Shown: positions 8,537 through 17,061 of the stretch, one piece after another
Numbering within the stretch: the stretch's first letter is position 1
Layout of the letters: every line of letters begins with the position of its first letter
Assembly: GCA_033762915.1 (NCBI GenBank)
Contig: JANRLD010000035.1
Location: forward strand, 1 to 21,537
Length of the DNA stretch: 21,537 bases
DNA from: Meiothermus sp.
Lineage (GTDB): Bacteria > Deinococcota > Deinococci > Deinococcales > Thermaceae
Direction of reading: 5' to 3'
The notes under the pieces: generated by a model
What the model saw: the letters and a program-made list of their open reading frames with translations, nothing else
What the model was told of the DNA's origin: nothing
Database searches by the model: none
Made by a program: the position numbers and the translations under genes

Positions 8537-9388
8537 ATGAAGGTCAAGACCGCGTCGCGGGCGTGGCAGACGTATCCCAGCAACGCCAACCACACCGTAG
8601 TGGGTGACCTCTGGTTGCGGCCCGAGGTCTACAGCCCGCAGCTCAAGAACTGGCGCGACATCGTGGTGTACCTGCCGCCCTCTTATCACCTCTCCAACCA
8701 GCGCTACCCGGTGCTGTACATGCACGACGGGCAGAACATCTTCGACGAGGCCACCAGTTACGTGGGGGAGTGGCAGGTCGACGAGAGCATGGAGTGGCTG
8801 GCCGAGACTGAGGGCCTCGAGGTAATCGTGGTGGGGGTACCCAACGCGGGCGTGGAGCGCCTTAACGAGTACAGCCCCTTCCGCGACCCCAAGCACGGCG
8901 GCGGCAAGGGCGACGCCTATTTGCGCTTCCTCACCCAGACCGTCAAGCCCATGATCGACGAACAGTTCCGCACCTTGCCGGGCCGCGAGAACACCGGGGT
9001 GATGGGCTCATCGATGGGCGGCTTTATCAGCCTTTACGCCTACTACGCCTGCCCCGAGGTCTTCGGGCGGGCGGGGGTGGTCAGCCCGGCGCTGTGGTTC
9101 GGCGACGGCGCGATCTACGACTTCGTGGCCGGCGCCCCCCAGGCCGACGGCAAGCTCTACATGGATGTGGGCCACCGCGAGGTCACGCTCTCGCATATAG
9201 ATTCCGGGCACTACCTCGAGGGCGTGCGACTGATGGACACTCAGCTGCGCGAGAAGGGCTGGCGCGACGGCAAGAACTATATGTACGTAGAGGACAAGCG
9301 CGGCATCCACAACGAGGCCCACTGGGCGCGGCGCTTCCCCGACATGGTGCGCTTCCTGTTCCGCTCCAGGTACGTCGATCGCCCGTAG
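8537..9388 (+). CDS. Alpha/beta hydrolase, putative esterase (283 aa)
   Basis: VYLPPSY, YPVLYMHDGQN, nucleophile elbow GSSMGG, C-terminal HNEAHW; SD GGAGGT before ATG 8537. Confidence 0.93.
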   Translation: MKVKTASRAWQTYPSNANHTVVGDLWLRPEVYSPQLKNWRDIVVYLPPSYHLSNQRYPVLYMHDGQNIFDEATSYVGEWQVDESMEWLAETEGLEVIVVGVPNAGVERLNEYSPFRDPKHGGGKGDAYLRFLTQTVKPMIDEQFRTLPGRENTGVMGSSMGGFISLYAYYACPEVFGRAGVVSPALWFGDGAIYDFVAGAPQADGKLYMDVGHREVTLSHIDSGHYLEGVRLMDTQLREKGWRDGKNYMYVEDKRGIHNEAHWARRFPDMVRFLFRSRYVDRP

Positions 9389-9395
9389 GGAATTG

Positions 9396-9486
9396 CGCCC
9401 CGGGTAGCGGCTCCGCGGCTATGGCGCACGCCACTCCGCCCTGGGTAGCCGCCTGGGGGCTATGGCGTAAGCCACTCCGCCCCGGG
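9396..9486. repeat. 41-bp tandem repeat (2 copies plus 9 bp), each unit with two small hairpins; REP-like
   Basis: CGCCCCGGGTAGCGGCTCCGCGGCTATGGCGCACGCCACTC (9396-9436), CGCCCTGGGTAGCCGCCTGGGGGCTATGGCGTAAGCCACTC (9437-9477), CGCCCCGGG (9478-9486). Confidence 0.85.
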
Positions 9487-9785
9487 AATGCAACGGTTGC
9501 CCCTGCTGACCTCGCAGATTCACCCTGGCGCAACCTAGAAGGCCGGGCGCCACGCCTGGCCTTCCATCTGCCGTGCTTTAGCAGGCGAAGGGTACGGCAT
9601 GCCCCGGTCCGCCGGCCGGGCCGACCCGCTGGTCTTCAGAAGCTACCAGCGCCCTGGGGGCTGGTTCCGGGTCTGTTGGTTGTTTCTGCCGTAACTGTGG
9701 GATTGGCTCGAGGCGTTAACGGCCCGCTCGCCTGGGCCGCTCATTTGCCCGTTGGGGCCGGGGTCGCTTATGCCAAAATGGAGCG

Positions 9786-10373
9786 GTGATAATCTGGATT
9801 AACGGGGCCTTCGGGGTGGGCAAAACCCAGGCCGCGCACGAGCTGCACTCTCGGCTCCCGGGCAGCCACGTGTACAACCCCGAGGAGATCGGCTTCGCCC
9901 TCCACAAGACCTTTCCCGGATCGCTAAAGTCCGGCGACTTCCAGGACATCCCGCTTTGGCGCCTTTTCAATCACCAGGCCCTCAAAGAGCTGGCCCGGCA
10001 TGGTGATCAGACCCTGATTGTCCCCATGACCTTGGCGGTTCCGCAGTACTTCCGGGAGGTGGTTGGGGCCTTGCGTGAGGACGGGGTTGAGGTCTACCAC
10101 TTCACCCTTTTCGCCACCAAGCAGACCATCCTGCGCCGTCTGCGGGGCCGGGGTGACGGCCCCAACTCCTGGCCTGTCCAGCAGCTCGAGCGCTGCCTGA
10201 CGGCCCTGCAGTCCCGCGAGTTCGCCACCCACGTCCATGCCGACAGCATGACCGTCCCCCAGGTAGCCGAGGTGATCGCCGAGCGGGTGGGGGTGAGGCT
10301 CGAGCCCGCCCAGAACCCCCTCCGGGCCGGCCTGCGCCGCCTCACCTCCCAGATCAGGCCCGCCCGCCGGTAA
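9786..10373 (+). CDS. tmrB: P-loop protein similar to Bacillus tunicamycin resistance protein TmrB
   Basis: MIIWINGAFGVGKT Walker A, DFQDIPLWR, LIVPMT, HFTL..K.T...RL..R and a basic amphipathic C-terminus, matching my recollection of B. subtilis TmrB along its length. Confidence 0.82.
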   Translation: MIIWINGAFGVGKTQAAHELHSRLPGSHVYNPEEIGFALHKTFPGSLKSGDFQDIPLWRLFNHQALKELARHGDQTLIVPMTLAVPQYFREVVGALREDGVEVYHFTLFATKQTILRRLRGRGDGPNSWPVQQLERCLTALQSREFATHVHADSMTVPQVAEVIAERVGVRLEPAQNPLRAGLRRLTSQIRPARR

Positions 10374-10409
10374 ACCCCGCCGCACCGCAGTTTCGCCTAA
10401 AATGAGGCT

Positions 10410-11531
10410 ATGCCCATCCGCCGCATGGTGGCCGCACTGAAGGGTGAGACTTCAGACCAGGAATTGCAGGCCCACCGGCGGGCCGGCGCGGTCATCTACG
10501 ATCTGCTGTACAAGAGCAGCCAGACCTCGACCTGGCGGCAGAGCCCCGAGCGGGCTTTCGAGCGCCTGTGCATCTGGAACGCCTTCGCACTGCAGTTGCT
10601 CGGCGACAAGATCCTCGAGGCCGAGGGCCGCCTTGACCCCCTCACTTCCGGCTACGTGTCGCCGCAGACCCACGCCTTGGTGCTCGAGCTGTACCTGGCC
10701 TCGAGCGAGTGGACGCAGACTGCCCAACTGGCCCAGCGCGACCCCGATGTGCGGCCCGGCCGCAGGTTGCCCGCCGCTCTGCCCGACTGGAAGCAGGCCA
10801 GGCCCTATCCGCGGGTCTTCCTAGAGGCGCTGCTCGAGGCGGCCGCCGCCTTGCAAACCCAGGTGCTGGCCCGGCTGGCCGACTTCGAGCGCCTCCCCAA
10901 CCCCACGCGGGGCAGGCCGGTGCGGGTCTACACTTTCCCCGCCAACCACGCCGAGATGGTGCAGACCCTCAGGCGCCGCCTGGCCCAGGCCGACCTCAAG
11001 CACGGCCACGCGGCCCGCCTGCTGGGGCCGTCGGCGCCGCCCCAGGTCGGCCAAGCGGTGCTCAAGAACCTGCGGCTGGCCCTGAGTGGCTACTATCAGT
11101 TGGGGCAGTGGATGGCCATGCCCGACCTGATCGAACTGCCCAAGACCCCCAGCACCCGGCCCCCCAGCAAGCCCCTCACCGACCTGTGGCGCTACACCGA
11201 CCCCGAGGCCGTCCCCCAGCTCCGCCGCGACAGCGCCGCCAAGAAGGCCCTCGAGGACATGTGGGAAGCCGACCCCGAGCCCCAGCTCACCCAGGCCTTT
11301 CACGAGCAGATCGAGGCCGCCTGGTCGCAAGGCCTGTTGGGGCGGGCCCTTAAGCCCAGCGGCAAGCCCTACGGCCACCACCGCACGGCCCCCTTCGCCC
11401 CCGTTCTGGTAGCGCTGGAAGACCTGGACCTGTGCGGCAGGTCGCTAAAGGAGGGCCAGATGGTCGCCCTCGAGGCCTACCGTGTGCCCCGCAGCGGGGA
11501 GTTCAGGCGGAAGCTGGTGGTGCTGGGTTAG
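10410..11531 (+). CDS. Hypothetical protein (373 aa)
   Basis: Long ORF with host-like codon usage and TAAAAT 6 nt before the ATG; no family motif recognised. Confidence 0.85.
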   Translation: MPIRRMVAALKGETSDQELQAHRRAGAVIYDLLYKSSQTSTWRQSPERAFERLCIWNAFALQLLGDKILEAEGRLDPLTSGYVSPQTHALVLELYLASSEWTQTAQLAQRDPDVRPGRRLPAALPDWKQARPYPRVFLEALLEAAAALQTQVLARLADFERLPNPTRGRPVRVYTFPANHAEMVQTLRRRLAQADLKHGHAARLLGPSAPPQVGQAVLKNLRLALSGYYQLGQWMAMPDLIELPKTPSTRPPSKPLTDLWRYTDPEAVPQLRRDSAAKKALEDMWEADPEPQLTQAFHEQIEAAWSQGLLGRALKPSGKPYGHHRTAPFAPVLVALEDLDLCGRSLKEGQMVALEAYRVPRSGEFRRKLVVLG

Positions 11532-11697
11532 GCGGGCGGCGGGGGTGATTGTCCTTGATTCCAGGCTGTACCGCTGCAAACGGGACGGCAAGTTTCGGCC
11601 CAGGGTTTTCGCCGAGGCTGGGTGGAGGGCAGGGGTGAGAACTGGGGGGGAAAGACGAGGCGATAAGCCCGTAGGTGGGTCACCCGACCCGTTGCCT

Positions 11698-12063
11698 TTA
11701 CCCCATCAGCCCTGTGGTCTTTATCAACGCCACCCCCAGCAGCCACGCTCCGGCCCAGGTCTGGAGGAAGCGGCTGCGGGGGTAGGCCAGCAGCAGCAGG
11801 CCAATGCAGAGGTCGTTGAGGGCAATGAGCTGGATAATCTGGGCGTAGTCGGGAATCCAGGCGGTGAGGGGGCTGGCCTGCATCAGGCTGATGTAGCCGC
11901 CAGGGGAGACGAAGCCGATAAGGCCGTTGACCAGGAACACCAGCGAGAGCCCCAGGGTGAAGATCCAGTTGACGGCGGGCGGCTCGAGGGTCTTGGCCTT
12001 GGGGGGCTTGGCCTGGGGGCTGTAGGGCGGGCGGGGGTCATCGCTGAAGATGGGACGGTACAT
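11698..12063 (-). CDS. Small membrane protein, DoxX-like
   Basis: Three hydrophobic segments, LGLSLVFLVNGL...P motif, SD GGAG. Confidence 0.72.
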   Translation of the reverse strand: MYRPIFSDDPRPPYSPQAKPPKAKTLEPPAVNWIFTLGLSLVFLVNGLIGFVSPGGYISLMQASPLTAWIPDYAQIIQLIALNDLCIGLLLLAYPRSRFLQTWAGAWLLGVALIKTTGLMG

Positions 12064-12079
12064 AAAGGCTCCCGGGTCG

Positions 12080-12460
12080 CTATTGCAATTGGTTGATGGT
12101 GTCCAGCAGGCCGTTGAGCAGTTCCACCGGGTCGCCGCCGGGAACCAGACTGAGCAGGCGCAGCCCGGTTACCGCCAACAGCCAGAGACCCACGCACAGC
12201 ATCAGGTAGCCGTTCCAGCGGGCGAAGAGGATCAGGGCGGCCAGCAGCAGGTCGCTGAAGGCCACAAACTTCATCAGGGCGGTGAAGTCAGCGATGAAGT
12301 AGTTCAGCACGCTCTGTTGCATCAAGTAGAGGTGGGCGTAGGGGTCGATCAGCTCGGTCAGGCCGTTGACCAGAAACACGCTGGCGAATCCCAGCCGGAA
12401 CAGCACATCGCGCAGCCTTGCGAAATTCACCGTCGGGGTGGAGTCAACAGCTAAGAACAT
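12080..12460 (-). CDS. Small membrane protein, DoxX-like; paralogue of the downstream gene
   Basis: FRLGFASVFLVNGL...P motif and three hydrophobic segments. Start ATG 12460 lies 7 nt after TAGATT. Confidence 0.75.
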   Translation of the reverse strand: MFLAVDSTPTVNFARLRDVLFRLGFASVFLVNGLTELIDPYAHLYLMQQSVLNYFIADFTALMKFVAFSDLLLAALILFARWNGYLMLCVGLWLLAVTGLRLLSLVPGGDPVELLNGLLDTINQLQ

Positions 12461-12877
12461 ATGGCCCAATCTACCCGCCGCCTCGTTAAGCCCTTGTTAT
12501 GCCCCCGAAAACCGTCCAGCACGGAAAAAGGCCGTGCCGTTATGCGGCCCCGGCCCGCAGCGGCCGCCAGTTTTCAACCTTTAACGCCGCCCCTTGCAGC
12601 CCGTTTTGTGTAGCGGTTTCTTCACGGCGAGAGGAAACGGGACAACCTTCAGCCGTCGGCCCCCAATCAAAAGGTGAAGTGGCGGCCGGGGGTGACAACA
12701 TTTCCCGGCAGTGCCCCGCGCAAGGCAGACCCTGTGTGGACCAATCGACGCAACCGCCGGGACAAGGGCTCGAGCCCAGCTATGGCGGTTCTGGAGTTGA
12801 TTTCGGCCGCGCCGACGCCGCAGACGCGGCTATGCCGATTTGGGATTGGAATCTGCTGAGGCCGAGGGCCGATGCGC

Positions 12878-14821
12878 TCACGCCCCGTGCGCGTACTGCA
12901 ACTCGTACAGCTTGGCGTAGTACCCGCCTTGCTCGAGCAGCTCCTCGTGGCTGCCCTCCTCGATCAGCCGGCCCTTGCGGAAGACCAGGATCCGGTCCAC
13001 GTTGCGAATCGTGGAGAGGCGGTGGGCGATCACGATGGAGGTGCGGCCCTGCATCACCCGCTCGAGGGCGGCCTGCATCTTGGCCTCGGTCTCGGAGTCC
13101 ACGCTGGCGGTGGCCTCGTCGAGGATCAGCAGAATGTCGGGGTTGTGCAGGATGGCCCTGGCCAGCGCCAGTAGCTGCTTTTGACCTGTCGACAGCCCGC
13201 CGCCGCGCTCGTAAAGCACGGTCTGGTAGCCCTGCGGCATCTCGGAGATGAACTCGTGCGCCCCCACGAACTGGCTGACCTCGAGGATGCGCTCGAAGGT
13301 GATTTTCTCGTCGCCCATCCGCAGGTTGTCCTCGATGCTCCCGCTGAACAAGAAGGGGTCTTGCAACACGATCCCGATGGACTGGCGCAGGTCGCGCTGG
13401 GCGTACTCCCGCACGTCCAGGCCGTCGATCTTGACCGCCCCCTGCTGCACGTCGTAGAACCGCGTCACCAAACTAATCACGCTGGTCTTCCCGGCCCCGG
13501 TGGCCCCTACCAGCGCCACCTTTTCCCCTGGCCTCACGCGGAAGCTTACCCCCCGCAGCACCCAGTCCCACTCGCCGCCGCCCTGGTCGCCCTGGCCCTC
13601 GACAACCTTGAGACTGGGATGGGCCGAGGGGCTCTGGTTTTTGCCTTCCCGTTCCTCTTTCTTGGGGCCTTGCGCCCGCTTTTCTCTCTCGCCCTTGACC
13701 TCCCCTCCCTCCTCCCTCTCGCCCCGCCGCCCGTAGGCGAACCACACGTCCTCGAAGTCGATCTGGCCCCGGAAGCGCTCGATGCGCCGGGCGTTCTCGC
13801 GGTCGAAGACCTGCTCCTCGGTGTCCAGCAGGCCGAAGATGCGCTCGGAGGAGGCCATGGCGGCCTGGAAGATGTTGAACTTGTCGGCCAGGTCTTGCAG
13901 GGGCTGGAAGAACTGGCGCACATAGTCGGTGAAGGCCACCAGAATGCCCAGTGTGAGCGCTCCCGCCACCACCTGACCGCCGCCATAGAAGATCACCGAG
14001 GCCACGCTCAGCTCACCCAGAAAGGCCACGGCGGGCATGAACAGCGAGAACCAGCCCACGATGATCAGCCACGCGCCCCGCAGGTCGGCGGAGAGGCCGC
14101 CGAAATGGCGGTAGTTCTTGGGCTGGCGGTTGAAAATTTGGGTGGTCTGCACCCCGGTGAGGTTTTCTTGCAGGCTGGCGTTGACCCTCGAGAGCTTCAG
14201 CCGCATCGTCCGGTACGCGTCGCGCATCCGGCTCTGGAAGAAGCGGATGGTCAGGAACAAAATCGGCATGATGGCAAAGGAAACCAGGGCCAACCGCCAG
14301 TCCAGGAACAGCATGAAAGTCGCCAGCCCGATGATCAGGAAGAAGTCGGCCAGGAGGCCCACCAGACCGCCGGTGATGAACTGATTCACCGCGTCCACGT
14401 CGGAGGTGATGCGGGTCATCAGGCGGCCCACCGGGTTCTTGTCGAAGTAGCCCAGGTGCAGCCGCTGGAGCTTGGCGAAGATCTCAGAACGGATGTCGTA
14501 GAGGATCTTCTGACCCACCCAGCCGATGATGTAGGTCTGGGCGAAATTGGACACGAAGTCCACCACCCGCACCAGCAGGAACAGCCCGCAAATCAGCAGC
14601 AACACCCGGTAGCGCTCGGCCAACTCTACGGCCTGGGTGGGCACGATGGCGTTGTCGATGGCGTACTTCATGAACAGCGGGGTGGAGGCCGCCGTCAACG
14701 TCGAGATCAGGATAAAAAACAGCGCCGCTGCCACCTGCTTCCAGTAGGGCCGCACATAAACCAGAATCCGCCGGGCCAGCTTGAGGTCGAAACTTTTTTT
14801 AAAGGCTTCTTCTTCGTGCAT
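12878..14821 (-). CDS. tmrA: Heterodimeric ABC exporter subunit, Thermus TmrA-like (canonical Walker B)
   Basis: TMD plus NBD, GATGAGKT, signature LSTGQKQ, ILDEAT, AHRLST. NPVGRLMTRITSDVDAVNQFITGGLVG and DILLILDEATASVDSETE match recalled T. thermophilus TmrA. Confidence 0.93.
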   Translation of the reverse strand: MHEEEAFKKSFDLKLARRILVYVRPYWKQVAAALFFILISTLTAASTPLFMKYAIDNAIVPTQAVELAERYRVLLLICGLFLLVRVVDFVSNFAQTYIIGWVGQKILYDIRSEIFAKLQRLHLGYFDKNPVGRLMTRITSDVDAVNQFITGGLVGLLADFFLIIGLATFMLFLDWRLALVSFAIMPILFLTIRFFQSRMRDAYRTMRLKLSRVNASLQENLTGVQTTQIFNRQPKNYRHFGGLSADLRGAWLIIVGWFSLFMPAVAFLGELSVASVIFYGGGQVVAGALTLGILVAFTDYVRQFFQPLQDLADKFNIFQAAMASSERIFGLLDTEEQVFDRENARRIERFRGQIDFEDVWFAYGRRGEREEGGEVKGEREKRAQGPKKEEREGKNQSPSAHPSLKVVEGQGDQGGGEWDWVLRGVSFRVRPGEKVALVGATGAGKTSVISLVTRFYDVQQGAVKIDGLDVREYAQRDLRQSIGIVLQDPFLFSGSIEDNLRMGDEKITFERILEVSQFVGAHEFISEMPQGYQTVLYERGGGLSTGQKQLLALARAILHNPDILLILDEATASVDSETEAKMQAALERVMQGRTSIVIAHRLSTIRNVDRILVFRKGRLIEEGSHEELLEQGGYYAKLYELQYAHGA

Positions 14822-14973
14822 AAGGTGTCCGTGTCACTGCGTCATAGGGATAGTCGTGATGGTCGTGTCGCCCGCCGCCCCAGCCATAAACTCGAAACTC
14901 AGTCCACAAAACCGCCCTCATTCCGAACAGATGCCCTCGGCGGCTAGGGGTGTGTGGACCGACTGCTGACACA

Positions 14974-16734
14974 TCAATCAACCTCTGCCTGCAGGCGCTG
15001 GATGCGGTCGAGTTCGGCGTAGATGCCGTTCTCTTCCAGAAGCATCTCGTGCGTCCCCTCTTCGACGATCTTGCCGTTCTCGAGCACCACGATCCAGTCG
15101 GCGTACTGCAGGGTCGAGGTGCGGTGGGCGATGAGGAGGGTGGTCTGCTGACCCAGGACCGACTTAAGCCCTGAGAGAATTCGCGACTCGGTCTCGGTGT
15201 CCACGGCGCTCATGGAGTCGTCGAGGATCAGGATCTTGGGCTTGGCGGCCAAGGCCCTGGCCAGTGCGGTGCGCTGCCGCTGGCCGCCGCTCAGGGTCAC
15301 CCCACGCTCGCCTAGGCTGGTCTCGTAGCCCTGCGGGAAGCTCTGGATGTCGTCGTGGACGCCCGCCAGCTTGGCGGCCCACTCGGCGCGCTCCTTGTCT
15401 GCCTCGGGCAGGCCAAAGGAGATGTTTTCGTAGAGGGTGTCGGAGAAGAGGAAAGGCTCTTGCGGCACCATCCCGATGATGGCGCGGAGGCTCTCGAGCT
15501 TCAGCCACTTCGTGTCGTGCCCGCCGACCAGCACCCGGCCCTGGGTGGGCTCCAAGATGCGCGGAATCAGGCTCACCAGCAGGGTTTTGCCGGAGCCGGT
15601 GCGCCCGGTAATGCCCAGGGTGGTGCCCTCGGGGATGGTCAGGGTGATGTTGTCGAGAATCTTGCGCCCGCCCAGCTCGAGGCTCACCCCGTCAAACTTG
15701 ACCTCGCCGCCCAACTCGTCGGCCGGGACGGCCTTGGCCTGCGACTCGTCGCGCACCTTGGCGGGTTCGTCCCAGAACTCCTTAAGGCGGCGGTAGCTGG
15801 TGGAGCCGCGCTGGAAGATGGTCAGCGTCCAGCCCAGGCCCACGATGGGCCAGCCCAACATCATCAAGTAGGCGTTGAACTGCACGAACTGGCCCGCCGT
15901 CATTTCTCCCCGGATGGTCATGCCGCCCCCTACCCAGAGGATGATCAGGGCGGCCACGCCCATCATCAGGCCCATCAGAGCCCTGACAGGGCCGTCGACG
16001 ATGGTGAGGGCTAGGCTGGCCTTGATGTAGTTCTGGTTGAGGCCCTGGAAGGCGTTGAGCTCGCGGTTCTCGAGGGCGAAGCCCTTGACCACCCGCATTC
16101 CCGAGAAGTTCTCCTGGGCCTTGGTGGAGATGGCGTCGAAGGCCTCCTGGCTCCGCTCGTAGCGCTCGTCAATGAGGCGCAGCACGTAGACCATCACCGC
16201 GAAGATGATTGGGAAGACCAGCGAGAGGTAGAAGGCCAGTTGTACATTGACCAGGTACATGGCCGCGATGGCGAAGACGATGAACATCAGCAGGCGGGTG
16301 CCCATGTTGATCCCGCCCCCCACCATCTCGCGCACCGCGCCGAGGTCGGTGGTGAACTTGTTCATTAGGTCGCCGGTGCGGTTCTTGCCGTAAAAATACG
16401 AATCCAGCGAGAGGGCCTTGGAGAACAGGTCCATCCGCAGGTCGTGCTCGATGCGGCGGCTGCTTACCACCAGCAGTTGGCGGTTGATCCAGCTGAACAC
16501 CCCCGAGGCCACCGCCGCCCCCAGGATGGCCCAGACCCACGGCAAGTAGGCCCCGCCCTCGCGCATGGCGTCGATGGCGTGGCGCAGGAAGTACGGCGAG
16601 ACTGCCCCCATCCCCACGCCCGCCACGCCCGCCACGATGCCCCAGAAATACTGCCGCCCGTACCGGCGGACGTAGGGCATCATCTCCATTAACGACTTAA
16701 ACAGCGGCTCCCGCTTGCCTCGCTCCGGCTTCAT
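14974..16734 (-). CDS. Heterodimeric ABC exporter subunit, Thermus TmrB-like (degenerate Walker B); unrelated to the tunicamycin TmrB
   Basis: TMD plus NBD, GRTGSGKT, LSGGQRQR, ILDDS (Asp in place of the catalytic Glu); SD GAGGGG. Confidence 0.93.
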   Translation of the reverse strand: MKPERGKREPLFKSLMEMMPYVRRYGRQYFWGIVAGVAGVGMGAVSPYFLRHAIDAMREGGAYLPWVWAILGAAVASGVFSWINRQLLVVSSRRIEHDLRMDLFSKALSLDSYFYGKNRTGDLMNKFTTDLGAVREMVGGGINMGTRLLMFIVFAIAAMYLVNVQLAFYLSLVFPIIFAVMVYVLRLIDERYERSQEAFDAISTKAQENFSGMRVVKGFALENRELNAFQGLNQNYIKASLALTIVDGPVRALMGLMMGVAALIILWVGGGMTIRGEMTAGQFVQFNAYLMMLGWPIVGLGWTLTIFQRGSTSYRRLKEFWDEPAKVRDESQAKAVPADELGGEVKFDGVSLELGGRKILDNITLTIPEGTTLGITGRTGSGKTLLVSLIPRILEPTQGRVLVGGHDTKWLKLESLRAIIGMVPQEPFLFSDTLYENISFGLPEADKERAEWAAKLAGVHDDIQSFPQGYETSLGERGVTLSGGQRQRTALARALAAKPKILILDDSMSAVDTETESRILSGLKSVLGQQTTLLIAHRTSTLQYADWIVVLENGKIVEEGTHEMLLEENGIYAELDRIQRLQAEVD

Positions 16735-16838
16735 AGACCCCCTCGGCTCTAATAATTAGTGCTGTGTTTGCCCTGCGCCCGACAATTCTTTATTTTATCC
16801 CCTCAGCGAAATTCATGCGGAGTTTCTGTCACTATTAA

Positions 16839-16876
16839 CTCGGGTCGTCGGGGCCGGCTTTACCCGACAGCCCGAG
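16839..16876 (-). terminator. Stem-loop, possible terminator of the Ate/Bpt-like gene
   Basis: CTCGGGTCGTCGGG-N10-CCCGACAGCCCGAG; on the minus strand it is followed by TTAATAG, a weak U-tract. Confidence 0.35.
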
Positions 16877-17061
16877 CGTCGGCTTATATATGCCCATGGC
16901 TCTGGCCTCCCGGCCCTTGCAGGGTGGATGCGACTTGGCTTGCCGGGCGGCCCAACGGCCGGCGGGCGTGAAATCGAGCGCGGTCGGAAACACCGGGGGC
17001 TGCTCGGCCACAGAAGGGGGCCATCAGCTGCGAAACCGCGGTGTTCCTGCCGCCTCGAGCG

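Noticed and set aside
9396..9486. Possible mini-CRISPR array
   Set aside because: The units are contiguous near-identical tandem copies with no unique spacers, and there are no cas genes.
12500..12877. Riboswitch or small gene in the spacer downstream of tmrA
   Set aside because: Only weak GC-rich hairpins, no recognisable aptamer, and the ORFs lack coding-like composition.
13181..14947. Long opposite-strand ORFs (588 aa here; also 940-1998, 19457-20893, 18505-19401, 20902-21537)
   Set aside because: Antisense shadows of well-supported high-GC genes, with no motifs of their own.
14799..14981. 60-aa ORF bridging the two ABC genes
   Set aside because: TTG start, overlaps both neighbours, crosses repeat-like DNA and has atypical composition.
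9786..16734. Functional link between the tunicamycin-type tmrB and the TmrAB exporter
   Set aside because: Only a name collision; the proteins are unrelated and in different transcription units.
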